Assembly (NCBI GenBank): GCA_051867615.1
Contig: JBJDYU010000013.1
Location: 4,863 to 68,862 of the forward strand
Length of the DNA: 64,000 nt
Direction of reading: 5' to 3'
Source: Oscillospiraceae bacterium
GTDB taxonomy: Bacteria; Bacillota; Clostridia; Oscillospirales; Oscillospiraceae
Shown here: piece after piece, positions 45,668 to 54,864 of the stretch
How positions within the stretch are numbered: position 1 is the stretch's first letter
How the letters are laid out: every line of letters begins with the position of its first letter
Position numbers and translations under genes: made by a program
Notes under the pieces: generated by a model
Told to the model about the DNA's origin: nothing
Seen by the model: only the letters and a program-made list of their open reading frames with translations
Database searches by the model: none

Positions 45668-46120
45668 TTACTGCGCCGAACGCTCCGCCAGCAGCTCCTC
45701 CACCAGCTCCACCGCCGTGACCACCATGATCTCGCAGTGCTTGCTGAGACCCATCTCCTTTGCGGCGGGCGTGCGGTCGTCCGGCTGGTAGCCCTTGGCG
45801 TTCGCCAGCAGCTCGCGGCAGCGGACCGCCTCGAAGCGCTCGCGGAAGCGGTTTTGCAGCTCCTTCGCAAGAAGCATGGTGCGGCGCTTGCTCGCCACCG
45901 GCTCGTCCCTGTCCACAGGGGTCAGCAGCCCCAGGGTCATGATGGCCCCGTTCAGGGCGCCGCAAAGCTCCCCCGTGCCCGCGCCGGAGCCGTAGCCGCT
46001 GCTGATGTTCAGGGCGGTCTGCTCGTCCAGCCCCGTCAGGTCGGAAAAGGCCAGCAGCACGCTCTGGCAGCAGTTAAAGCCCTTTCTGAAATACTCGATG
46101 GAAGTGTCGTAACGGCTCAT
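45668..46120 (-). CDS. C_GCAxxG_C_C family redox-type protein
   Basis: FNCCQSV, ELCGALNG, RCRELL, HCEIMV cysteine pattern. Confidence 0.75.
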   Translation of the reverse strand: MSRYDTSIEYFRKGFNCCQSVLLAFSDLTGLDEQTALNISSGYGSGAGTGELCGALNGAIMTLGLLTPVDRDEPVASKRRTMLLAKELQNRFRERFEAVRCRELLANAKGYQPDDRTPAAKEMGLSKHCEIMVVTAVELVEELLAERSAQ

Positions 46121-47031
46121 ACTTGTGTTCCCTCCAAAATTTTTGTATATTCCATGATCTTCCTCAGCCTGTGGTTGAGGCAGGATTTGGTGATGGGCGG
46201 GTCGAATTCCTCCGCCAGCTCCGACAGCGTCAGCTCCGGATAGAGCAGGCGCTTGGCGGCGGTCTCCTTCAGCTTGTCCGGCAGCTGCTCCATCACGCCG
46301 AACTTGTCCAGCTTCCGGATGCCCTCGATCTGGGCCCGGGCGGCGTCCACGGCCTTGTCCAGATTCGCCGTGTCGCAGTTCAGCTTCCGGTTGACCTGAT
46401 TGCGCAGCTCCTTCTCCACTTTCGTGTTCATGACCTCCATGGCCGCCACCGGCGCGCCGATGAGGGTCAGCAGGTCCTCGATATGTTCGCTCTGCTTGAA
46501 ATAGATGACGTAATAGCCGCCCCGGCGGACGGACTTGGGGCTGGCCCCCATCTCCCGCAGCAGCACCTCCACCTCGCCGCTGGCCCGCATATGGGTGGTG
46601 GCCAGCTCCAGATGGTAGCGCTTTTCCGGGTCGATAACACTGCCGCCCGCCAGAAACGCCCCCCGCAGGAACGCGGCGCGGCAGCAGTCCTCCTCCAGCA
46701 GCGCCAGATTCACATGGGCCGCCAGGCTCTGACTGCGGTCATAGCCCAGCACGTCCATGATGTGGGCGAGCTTGCCCTCGTCGCTGATGCGGAACACCGC
46801 CTTGCTCTTTTCGCTCCCGTCCGGCAGCGCGTCAAAGCCCACGCCGAAGGCCCGGGCAAACAGCCTCGGCAGCCGCGCGGCAAAGGCGGGATGCTCCGTC
46901 ACCACGCGCACCTCGTCCGCCGTGAAGACGCTGCAGTACAGAAGCACGCCGTAAGCCTCCGCCCGGGCGCAGCAAAGGTGGCCTATCTGGCCGCGGCAAA
47001 GCTCGGCCTTCGCCTCCGATGAAAAGGACAT
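46117..47031 (-). CDS. whiA: DNA-binding protein WhiA
   Basis: MSFSSEAKAELC, a LAGLIDADG-like middle region and a C-terminal HTH (LSELAEEF...TKSCLNHRLRKI). Confidence 0.92.
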   Translation of the reverse strand: MSFSSEAKAELCRGQIGHLCCARAEAYGVLLYCSVFTADEVRVVTEHPAFAARLPRLFARAFGVGFDALPDGSEKSKAVFRISDEGKLAHIMDVLGYDRSQSLAAHVNLALLEEDCCRAAFLRGAFLAGGSVIDPEKRYHLELATTHMRASGEVEVLLREMGASPKSVRRGGYYVIYFKQSEHIEDLLTLIGAPVAAMEVMNTKVEKELRNQVNRKLNCDTANLDKAVDAARAQIEGIRKLDKFGVMEQLPDKLKETAAKRLLYPELTLSELAEEFDPPITKSCLNHRLRKIMEYTKILEGTQV

Positions 47032-47053
47032 ACCGTCCCCCTTTCCCCTTCGC

Positions 47054-47914
47054 TCAGTCCCGGGTCATGTCCCGGTGGTTCTCCCGCACCTGATAGCCCA
47101 GCTCCCGCACAAAGGCGGCCAGGGCCCGGGTCACGGCGACGCTGCGGTGGTGTCCGCCGGTGCAGCCCACCGCCACCACCAGCATGGTCTTGCCCTCCTC
47201 CCGGTACAGCGGCAGGGAAAACTCCAGCAGGTCCTGCAGCTTTGCAAGGTAATCCCGCGTCTGCCGGAAGCTCATCACATAGTCGTACACCGGCGCGTCC
47301 ATGCCGGTGAGGGAACGCAGGCTTTCGATGTAAAAGGGGTTCGGCATGAAGCGCACGTCGAACACCAGGTCGGCCTCGATGGGGAGGCCGTGCTTATAGC
47401 CGAAGGAGAGGAGGTTCACGGTGAAGTCGCTCTCTCTCGGCCTGTCGCCGCCAAACAGCGTTGTCAGCTCGCTGCGGAGCTTCGCCGTGGAAAAGCCGCT
47501 GGTGTCGATGACATAGTCCGCGTGCTCCTCCACCGTGCGCAGCATCTCCTGCTCCATGCGCACCGCTTCCTCCAGCGAGCCGGCCCGCTCCGCCAGCGGA
47601 TGCATCCGCCGCGTCTCCTTATACCGCCGGATGATGACGCTGGGGCTGGCCGTCATAAACAGCAGCCGGCAGTTCACCGTCTCCTTCAGCTGGCGCACGA
47701 TGTCGAACAGCAGCTCGAAATTCCCGCCGGAGCGGATATCGTACACCAGCGCCGCCCGGTCGTAGCGGGTATTGCCCCCGGCGCAGAACTCCGCGAACTT
47801 CAAAATCATCTCCGCCGGCATATTGTCCACGATGTAAAAGCCCATATCCTCCAGAAACGAGGCGGCCCTGCTCTTTCCGCTGCCGGAAAGTCCCGATACG
47901 ATCAGGATCTCCAT
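47054..47914 (-). CDS. rapZ: RNase adapter / nucleotide-binding protein RapZ (YvcJ)
   Basis: MEILIVSGLSGSGKS, VDNMP, GCTGGHHRSV. Confidence 0.93.
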   Translation of the reverse strand: MEILIVSGLSGSGKSRAASFLEDMGFYIVDNMPAEMILKFAEFCAGGNTRYDRAALVYDIRSGGNFELLFDIVRQLKETVNCRLLFMTASPSVIIRRYKETRRMHPLAERAGSLEEAVRMEQEMLRTVEEHADYVIDTSGFSTAKLRSELTTLFGGDRPRESDFTVNLLSFGYKHGLPIEADLVFDVRFMPNPFYIESLRSLTGMDAPVYDYVMSFRQTRDYLAKLQDLLEFSLPLYREEGKTMLVVAVGCTGGHHRSVAVTRALAAFVRELGYQVRENHRDMTRD

Positions 47915-47956
47915 CTGCGATCATCCTCCCTTTTGCTCTCCTCCGGCTCTCTTTCT

Positions 47957-48874
47957 CTACCGGAGGATCCTGACCTCCGTCTCAAGGGCCACGCCGTCTC
48001 GCTCCAGCACCGTCCGCTGGATCTGCGCGATCAGCGCCAGCACGTCCGCGCAGGTGGCGCCGCCGGTGTTGACGATGAAGCCCGCGTGCTTCTCCGACAC
48101 CTGCGCGCCGCCTACGCCCACGCCCTTGAAACCGTTTTTCTCCACAAGCGCGCCGGCAAAATGGCCCGCGGGCCGCTTGAAAACGCTGCCCGCGCTGGGC
48201 AGTTCCAGCGGCTGGGAGGCCCGGCGGCGCTGCATCAGCTCCTCCATCCGCCCCCGGATGGCGCTCTCCTCCCCTTTTGCAAGGCGCAGCTCCGCCCACA
48301 GCGCCGCTGCGCCGCTTTCGGAAAAGACGCTGCAGCGGTAGCCGAAGGAAAGCTCCTCCGCCGTGAGGACGCGCACCGCGCCGTCCTCCCCCAAAGCGGC
48401 GGCCCTTGTCACCACCTGAGCCATTTCGCCACCGTAGGCCCCCGCGTTCATCGCCAGGGCTCCGCCGAGGCTCCCGGGGATGCCGTGAGCAAATTCCAGG
48501 CCCGTCAGGCTGTGCTTCGCGGCGAAGACCGCGAGCGCCGCGAGACTCACGCCCGCCTCCGCCCGGAGGGTCACGCCGTCCTCCAGCAGCTCCATGCCCT
48601 TCAGATAGCGGGTGGTATCCACCACCAGCGCGTCCAGCCCCTCGTCCGCCACCAGCAGATTGGTGCCGTTGCCGAGGAGGAAGCACTTTCCTCCGCAGTC
48701 CTCCGCCAGCCGCAGCGCCGCGGCCAGCTCCTCCCCCGTTTTGGGGAAGGCCATGCGCCGGGCGGGGCCGCCGATGCGAAAGGAGGTGTGCCGGCACATC
48801 GGCTCCTCCTTTACATATTCCAGCGCGGGCAGCTCCTCCGCCGCCCGCCGGTCGAATGTCTCATACCAAGGCAT
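47957..48874 (-). CDS. murB: UDP-N-acetylenolpyruvoylglucosamine reductase
   Basis: HTSFRIGGPA, LGNGTNLL, GAQVSEKHAGFIVN. Confidence 0.95.
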   Translation of the reverse strand: MPWYETFDRRAAEELPALEYVKEEPMCRHTSFRIGGPARRMAFPKTGEELAAALRLAEDCGGKCFLLGNGTNLLVADEGLDALVVDTTRYLKGMELLEDGVTLRAEAGVSLAALAVFAAKHSLTGLEFAHGIPGSLGGALAMNAGAYGGEMAQVVTRAAALGEDGAVRVLTAEELSFGYRCSVFSESGAAALWAELRLAKGEESAIRGRMEELMQRRRASQPLELPSAGSVFKRPAGHFAGALVEKNGFKGVGVGGAQVSEKHAGFIVNTGGATCADVLALIAQIQRTVLERDGVALETEVRILR

Positions 48875-48887
48875 AGCGCCACGCTCC

Positions 48888-49850
48888 TTATCGTTTCAAG
48901 CCCTGCTTCCCCAGCATGGCGGCGCCGATGACGCCCGCGTCGTTGCCGAGGGCGCAGCGCTCCACCCGGGTGCGGGGCAGGCCCGCGTTCCGGGCAAAAT
49001 CCTCCTGCGCGATACGCCGGCGCACCGGCTCCAGCAGGTCCTCCTGTGCGCTGACGCCGCCGCCGAGGGCCAGCATCTCCGGCTGAAAAATGTTGATGAG
49101 GTTGGCCGCGCCAAGGGCGACGTAGTCAATATACTTCTCGCAGACCTCCCGCGCCGCCGCGTCCCCCTGCCGGGCCGCGTCGAAAGGCGTATAGCCCTCC
49201 GCTTTCGCGCTGTCTCCGCCGGTGAGCTGCCACATAAGGCTCTCGGGGTGCCGCTCCATGGCCTCCACCGTCAGGCGCCTCAGCGCCGTGGCGGAGGCGT
49301 AGCGCTCCCAGCAGCCGATCCGCCCGCAGTTGCAGCGCTCGCCGCCGGGGACGATGACCATATGGCCCACCTCGCCGCCGGTGCCGTTGAAGCCCGTCAG
49401 GAGCTTCCCGTCCAGCACCACGCCGCCGCCGACGCCGGTGCCGAGGGTCACCACCACCAGACTGCGGCAGCCCCGGCCCGCCCCGGCATGATACTCGCCC
49501 AGGGCCGCGCAGTTGGCGTCGTTGCCGAGATACACCGGCACGTCCCACTGCCGCTGAAAATACTCCCTGACGGGAAAGCCACTGAGGGGGATGTTGGTGA
49601 TATAGGTCAGCACGCCCGTCTCATCGTCCACCGCACCGGGAAAGCCCATTCCCACCCAGGCTATGTCCGATTTTTGAAAGCCGGCCTCCTCCGCCGCCGT
49701 CTCCGCCAGCGTGCGGAGCCGCTCGGTGAACATCTCGCCGCCCTGCCAGGGGCCGAGAGGGATCTTTTTGCTGTGCAGAATGCGGCCGCTTTCGTCCACC
49801 ACGCCCGCTTTCAGGTTGGTGCCGCCCACGTCGATGCCGATGGTGACCAT
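48888..49850 (-). CDS. glcK: ROK-family glucokinase
   Basis: IGIDVGGTNLK, LGNDANCAALGE, the CNCGRIGCWE zinc motif. Confidence 0.88.
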   Translation of the reverse strand: MVTIGIDVGGTNLKAGVVDESGRILHSKKIPLGPWQGGEMFTERLRTLAETAAEEAGFQKSDIAWVGMGFPGAVDDETGVLTYITNIPLSGFPVREYFQRQWDVPVYLGNDANCAALGEYHAGAGRGCRSLVVVTLGTGVGGGVVLDGKLLTGFNGTGGEVGHMVIVPGGERCNCGRIGCWERYASATALRRLTVEAMERHPESLMWQLTGGDSAKAEGYTPFDAARQGDAAAREVCEKYIDYVALGAANLINIFQPEMLALGGGVSAQEDLLEPVRRRIAQEDFARNAGLPRTRVERCALGNDAGVIGAAMLGKQGLKR

Positions 49851-49853
49851 GCC

Positions 49854-50801
49854 TCACTGCTCCTTCCGGTTCTTTTCCTGCTCCGAATACTTATCCAGGC
49901 GGCGCAGCATCTCCTCCGCCGCGTTGAAGCCCATGCGCTTCTGGCGGTTGTTCATGGCGGCCACCTCGATGATGTTCGCCAGGTTCCGCCCCGGACGCAC
50001 CGGCATGACGATGCTGGGGACGCGCACCCCCAGGATCTCCGTATAACGGTCCTCCAGACCCAGCCGGTCGTAGACCTTCGTCTCGTCCCACTGCTCCAGC
50101 TCCACCACCAGCTCGATCTGCGCGCTGTCGCGGATGGCGCCAACGCCGAAAAGGTGCCGCACGTTGATGATGCCGATGCCGCGCAGCTCCACGAAGTGCC
50201 GCGTCAGCTCCGGCGCGGTGCCGTACACCGCGTCAAAAATGCGGCGCATCTCCACCGCGTCGTCCGCCACCAGCCGGTGGCCCCGCTTGACCAGCTCGAT
50301 GGCCGTCTCGCTCTTGCCCACGCCGCTGTCGCCCACCAGCAGCACGCCCTCGCCGTAGACCTCCACCAGCACGCCGTGCCGGGTGATGGTGGGCGCCAGA
50401 GCGTGGTTGAGGTAATCCACCAGCTGGCTGATCATCTCCGAGGTGGTGATGCTCATGCGCAGCAGCGTCCTGTCCGCCTGCTGGGCGCAGCGGATGCACT
50501 CGGGGAAATACTCCTGCCCCTGGGTCAGGATCATAGCGGGAAAGGCCAGGGCGAAGAGGTTGGAAAAAGCCTTCTCCCGCTCCTCCTCCGTCCGGTCCGC
50601 CAGAAAGAAGGTCTCCGCCCGGCCGAAGATCTGCAGGCGCTTGGAGTCAAAATGCTCCTGATACCCCACGAGCTGCAATCCGGGACGGTTCACGTCCGAC
50701 GCATAGACGCGCACCTCCTCGAAATCCGAGCTGCGGTAGACCACGTCCATGTTGAAATACTCCACGATCTCCGCAAGCCTGATGCTGGGTCTCTTTGCCA
50801 T
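49854..50801 (-). CDS. hprK: HPr kinase/phosphorylase
   Basis: GDSGVGKSETAIELVKRGHRLVADD, LRGIGIINV. Confidence 0.95.
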   Translation of the reverse strand: MAKRPSIRLAEIVEYFNMDVVYRSSDFEEVRVYASDVNRPGLQLVGYQEHFDSKRLQIFGRAETFFLADRTEEEREKAFSNLFALAFPAMILTQGQEYFPECIRCAQQADRTLLRMSITTSEMISQLVDYLNHALAPTITRHGVLVEVYGEGVLLVGDSGVGKSETAIELVKRGHRLVADDAVEMRRIFDAVYGTAPELTRHFVELRGIGIINVRHLFGVGAIRDSAQIELVVELEQWDETKVYDRLGLEDRYTEILGVRVPSIVMPVRPGRNLANIIEVAAMNNRQKRMGFNAAEEMLRRLDKYSEQEKNRKEQ

Positions 50802-51029
50802 GGCGTACCCCCTCTTTCCGGCGCGGCGGCCTATCCGCCCACCTTATTGATACGCTTTATTATAATATGGCGGGGCGCTTTTCGCAATACGCGGGATGGT
50901 AATTTGGCTGTGCAAAAATTTTGAAAAAAATCGATTTAGGGCTTGCTTTTTTCAACTTCTTCTGCTATTATACTGGTTGTGTCTGCGCAAACCGTGCGGA
51001 TAATCGTAAACAGCAAGGAGGTGCAACGG

Positions 51030-51218
51030 ATGGCAAAGTGCCAGTTTTGCGACAAGGGCGTGACCTTCGGTATCAAGGTCTCTCATTCCCACAGACGTTC
51101 CAACCGTCCCTGGAAGCCCAATGTGAAGCGGGTAAAGGCAATCATCAATGGTACGCCTCGCCATGTATATGTTTGTACTCGTTGTCTGCGTTCCGGTAAG
51201 GTTACCCGCGCGATCTGA
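51030..51218 (+). CDS. rpmB: 50S ribosomal protein L28
   Basis: MAKCQFCDKGVTFGIKVSHSHRRSNR. AAGGAGG RBS. The track start at 50943 is a run-on. Confidence 0.93.
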   Translation: MAKCQFCDKGVTFGIKVSHSHRRSNRPWKPNVKRVKAIINGTPRHVYVCTRCLRSGKVTRAI

Positions 51219-51238
51219 GTTCAAAGATTGCATAGCAA

Positions 51239-51271
51239 AGACCTCATGCTTTCGCATGAGGTCTTTTTTTT
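51239..51271 (+). terminator. Rho-independent terminator of rpmB
   Basis: AGACCTCATGC-TTTC-GCATGAGGTCT followed by TTTTTTT. Confidence 0.88.
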
Positions 51272-51497
51272 ATGCTCTTTTCGCCCTCAGACGCTGCGCC
51301 GCTCCGGCAGACGCGGCAGCAAAGCGGGACTTTGCCAGAATGGAACCGCCCTTTCCGGCGGCTTTCCCCTCGCACATCCGCGTTTGCCCGCAGCGTGTGA
51401 TCCAATCGCCTTTTCCGGCGGCGTGTACGTCGGAAAAGGCACTCTGCGCGCGGGGCGCGCCGACTTTTCCCTGTGGGAATCGAGGCGCGCGCCGCGT

Positions 51498-51535
51498 GAA
51501 AATATATCGGGGAAAGCGCAGATGCGCTTTCCCCG
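51498..51535 (-). terminator. Hairpin after gpsA
   Basis: CGGGGAAAGCGC-N4-GCGCTTTCCCCG with a weak ATATATTTT tract on the minus strand. Confidence 0.55.
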
Positions 51536-51540
51536 AAGTC

Positions 51541-52536
51541 TTAAATCCAGCTGGTCTCCTGCTTTTTCTCCCGGTTCATCAGCGCGCCCACCATCTCCCG
51601 GGGGTCCGCCCCCTGATACAGCACGGCGTACACCGCCTGACAGATGGGCATTTCGAGACCCAGCCGGCGGGCCAGGGAGCAGGCGCTCTCCGCGGCGTAA
51701 TAGCCCTCTACCACCGCGCCGATCTCCGTCATGGCCGCCTGTACGCTCTTGCCGCCGCCGATGAGGATGCCCGCCCGGCGGTTGCGGGAGTGCATGGAGG
51801 TGCAGGTCACGATCATATCGCCCATACCCGCAAGGCCCGCGAAGGTCAGCGTGGTACCGCCCAGGGCCTCCCCCAGACGGGCCATTTCGCTCATGGCCCG
51901 GGTCATGATGAGGGCCTTGGTGTTGTCCTCATAGCCCATGCCGTCGCTGATGCCGCAGCAGAGCGCCACCACGTTCTTCATGGCGCCGCAGATCTCCACA
52001 CCCACGATGTCCGGGCTGGTGTAGACCCGAAAGCGGCTGCTCATAAAGGCGTCCTGCACTCGCTCCGCCGCGACCCGGTCCGCGCAGGCGGCCACGCAGC
52101 CCGTGGGCAGGCCCCGGGCCACCTCCTCCGCGTGGGAGGGGCCGGAGAGGGCCACGATGGGAAAGCGCCCGCCCGTCTCCTCCGCGATGATCTGAGACAT
52201 ACGCAGGTGCGTCTCTTTCTCGATGCCCTTGGAGACGGTGACGAGCAGCGTCCCCTCCGCAAGGTACGGCGCGGCCAGCCGCGCCGTGGCGCGCACGGCG
52301 AAGGAGGGCGTGGCGAACACCACCAGCTCCGCTCCGGCGGCGCAGGCGATATCCCCGGTGACGGCAAGCGCCTCGCTGAGCGCGCGCTCGGGCAGGAGGG
52401 GGTTACGGCGGCTGCGCCGCATCTCCTCCGCCTTGGCGGCGCTGTGGCTCCAGAGCGTCACCTCATGGCCGTTATCGATGAGCAGCAGCGCCAGGGCCGT
52501 CCCCCAGCCGCCGCTGCCAAGCACCGTGATCTTCAT
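51541..52536 (-). CDS. gpsA: NAD(P)H-dependent glycerol-3-phosphate dehydrogenase
   Basis: MKITVLGSGGWGTALA, GAMKNVVA. Confidence 0.95.
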   Translation of the reverse strand: MKITVLGSGGWGTALALLLIDNGHEVTLWSHSAAKAEEMRRSRRNPLLPERALSEALAVTGDIACAAGAELVVFATPSFAVRATARLAAPYLAEGTLLVTVSKGIEKETHLRMSQIIAEETGGRFPIVALSGPSHAEEVARGLPTGCVAACADRVAAERVQDAFMSSRFRVYTSPDIVGVEICGAMKNVVALCCGISDGMGYEDNTKALIMTRAMSEMARLGEALGGTTLTFAGLAGMGDMIVTCTSMHSRNRRAGILIGGGKSVQAAMTEIGAVVEGYYAAESACSLARRLGLEMPICQAVYAVLYQGADPREMVGALMNREKKQETSWI

Positions 52537-53225
52537 TGTTCCTTCTCCTTTTTATGATGCAGCGACAGCTTCCGCTCCGTTCCGCTGAGCAGCCGCCGGG
52601 CATTGCCCCGGTGCTGCCACACCACCAATCCGCCGCAGGCGAAGGCCAGCACGACGATGACAGGGTTCGGATAGCAAAACCAGGAGATAAACGGGAAGCT
52701 GGCCCCGGCCCAGAGGGAGCCGAGGGACACGTAGCGGGTCAGCACCGTCAGCAGCAGGAAGCCGCCCCACACCACCAGCGCCACCCGCCAGTCGATCATG
52801 ATGGCGATGGTGCCTCCGGAGAGGATGCCCTTGCCGCCCCTGAAGTGGAACATACAGGGGAACATATGCCCCAGCAGGCAGAAAACACCCGCCCAGTATT
52901 CGGAAAACAGATGCACGTCGCCGCCGGCGGAGACAAAATGGCGGAAGATAGCTCCGCTCACCAGCAGCGCCGCCACCGCCTTCAGCACGTCCGTCAGGAT
53001 GACCACCGCCGTCAGCGGGCCGCCGAAGGTACGGAAGAAATTGGTCAGTCCCGCATTGCCGCTGCCGTGGTTCCGCACATCGTCCCGCAGGATATACTTC
53101 GAGACGATCACCGCCCCGTTGAAGCAGCCGCAGAAATAGGCGATGACCGCCGCGGCCAACGCCGGGAGCCAGAAGCCGAGCCCCCACTCCAGCATCATGT
53201 TGCCAAGGCTTACCGTATTGTCCAT
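52533..53225 (-). CDS. plsY: Glycerol-3-phosphate acyltransferase PlsY
   Basis: HGSGNAGLTNFFR, FRGGKG, multi-TM layout. Confidence 0.93.
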   Translation of the reverse strand: MDNTVSLGNMMLEWGLGFWLPALAAAVIAYFCGCFNGAVIVSKYILRDDVRNHGSGNAGLTNFFRTFGGPLTAVVILTDVLKAVAALLVSGAIFRHFVSAGGDVHLFSEYWAGVFCLLGHMFPCMFHFRGGKGILSGGTIAIMIDWRVALVVWGGFLLLTVLTRYVSLGSLWAGASFPFISWFCYPNPVIVVLAFACGGLVVWQHRGNARRLLSGTERKLSLHHKKEKEQ

Positions 53226-53230
53226 GCTCT

Positions 53231-54556
53231 TTACGCCTCCTTGTCCCCCTTCTCCCGGATGGAGATACGGATGGGGGTACCCTCCAGGCCGAAGGTGCTG
53301 CGGATGCAGTTTTCCAGATACCGCTGATACGAGAAGTGGAACAGCCTGCGGTCGTTGCAGAAGATCACGAAATGGGGCGGGCGGACGCCCACCTGGGTCA
53401 TATAGTAGATCTTGAGCCGGCGGCCCTTGTCCGTAGGAGGCTGCACCCGGGTCTGGGCGTCCTCCAGGACGTTGTTCAGCATACCGGTGGTGATGCGGGT
53501 GGAGGCCTGCTCGTTGACGTAGTTGATGAGCTCAAAGAGCCTGTCTACCCGCTGGCCCGTGGCGGCGGAGATGAACACCGTGGGCGCGTAGGTCATGAAG
53601 CCCAGCTCCCGGCGGATATCCTCCCGCATACGGTCCATGGTCTTGCCGTCCTTCTCCACCAGGTCCCACTTGTTCACCACGATGACGCAGGCCTTGCCCG
53701 CCTCATGGGCCAGGCCCGCCACTTTGGTGTCCTGCTCCGTCACGCCGTCCGTGGCGTCGATGAGGATCAGGCACACGTCGGAGCGCTCGATGGCCATGAC
53801 GGAGCGCAGGACGCTGTACTTCTCGATGCCCTCCTCCACCTTGGAGCGGCGGCGCATCCCGGCGGTGTCGATGAAGTTATACTTGCCGTACTGGTTTTCA
53901 AACGCGGAGTCGATGGCGTCCCGGGTAGTGCCGGCCACGTCGCTGACGATGACACGCTCAAAGCCCAGGATGCGGTTGGTCAGGCTGGACTTGCCCACGT
54001 TGGGCCGGCCGATGATGGCCACCTGAATGCGGTCGTCCTCCTCCTGCGTCTCCTCCTCCGGCGGGAAGTGGGCCACGCAGGCGTCCAGCAGATCGCCGGT
54101 GCCGTGGCCGTGGACCGCGGAGACGGGAATGGGGTCCCCGAGACCGAGGTTGTAAAATTCATAGAATTCCGGGTCCAGGTTCCCCACGGAGTCCATCTTG
54201 TTCACCGCGAGGACGATGGGCTTGCCGCAGCGCTGCAGCATCCCGGCCACCTCATGGTCCGAGGCGGTGACGCCGGTTTTGCCGTCCGTCAGCAGGATGA
54301 TGACGGTGGCGTTGTCGATGGCGAGCTGCGCCTGCTGGCGCATGAAGATCAGCAGCTCGCTGTCCGTTCTCGGCTCAATGCCGCCGGTGTCCACCAGCGT
54401 AAATGGCCGGCCGTTCCAGTCGGTCTCGCCGTAGATCCTGTCCCGGGTGACGCCGGGCGTATCCTCCACGATGGAGATGCGCTTCCCGATGAGCTTGTTG
54501 AACAGCATGGACTTGCCCACGTTGGGCCGGCCCACGATGGCGACTACGGGTTTCAT
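53231..54556 (-). CDS. der: Ribosome-associated GTPase Der (EngA)
   Basis: Two G domains (GRPNVGKS twice, DTGG/DTAG, NKMD/NKWD) plus a KH-like C-terminus. Confidence 0.96.
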   Translation of the reverse strand: MKPVVAIVGRPNVGKSMLFNKLIGKRISIVEDTPGVTRDRIYGETDWNGRPFTLVDTGGIEPRTDSELLIFMRQQAQLAIDNATVIILLTDGKTGVTASDHEVAGMLQRCGKPIVLAVNKMDSVGNLDPEFYEFYNLGLGDPIPVSAVHGHGTGDLLDACVAHFPPEEETQEEDDRIQVAIIGRPNVGKSSLTNRILGFERVIVSDVAGTTRDAIDSAFENQYGKYNFIDTAGMRRRSKVEEGIEKYSVLRSVMAIERSDVCLILIDATDGVTEQDTKVAGLAHEAGKACVIVVNKWDLVEKDGKTMDRMREDIRRELGFMTYAPTVFISAATGQRVDRLFELINYVNEQASTRITTGMLNNVLEDAQTRVQPPTDKGRRLKIYYMTQVGVRPPHFVIFCNDRRLFHFSYQRYLENCIRSTFGLEGTPIRISIREKGDKEA

Positions 54557-54607
54557 CGCGTCCCCTCCTTTGTCTTTTCAGTGTTCCGGGGCGTGTACCC
54601 CGCAGTA

Positions 54608-54753
54608 TGATACTGATATTTGATGAAATACTTTCATCAAATATCCCGCGTGCTACGCACGCTCGCATCGTGCATTCGCACGCTGCGCCGTCTCATAAAA
54701 ATTTGACGGGCTTCGCCCTATAAAAACCTTTTAAAGGTTTTTATCAAATTTTA
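54608..54753. repeat. Short copy of the modular hairpin element (element D) in the der leader
   Basis: 86-nt block matches 40393-40476 with 2 substitutions and a 2-nt indel. Blocks of 12/12, 14/14 and 33/34 matching nt follow, collinear with 40527-40732. Confidence 0.7.
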
Positions 54754-54768
54754 ATATTACAAGATAAC

Positions 54769-54797
54769 AGTATACAGAAATTTTCTCCAATCCGCAA
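54769..54797 (-). promoter_or_regulatory. Candidate promoter for der-plsY-gpsA
   Basis: On the minus strand: TTGCGG, 17 nt, extended -10 TGTATACT. This places element D in a roughly 200-nt 5' leader. Confidence 0.5.
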
Positions 54798-54864
54798 CAG
54801 GAAATTCGGCGGCTTTCCGTTTGCACGAAAACAGGCGCACCGCTTTCCGTTTGCGGCGGGACGG

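Noticed and set aside
42076-45720. 1214-aa ORF antisense to dnaE
   Set aside because: Same reasoning. It mirrors dnaE end to end, has biased composition (R, H, G, A, L), no recognisable domains and no RBS.
51357-51368. 12-nt identity (CGGCGGCTTTCC) between the rpmB/gpsA spacer and the rpmF/der spacer (54807-54818)
   Set aside because: A single 12-mer match within 64 kb of GC-rich DNA is expected by chance many times over. It is not evidence of a shared element.
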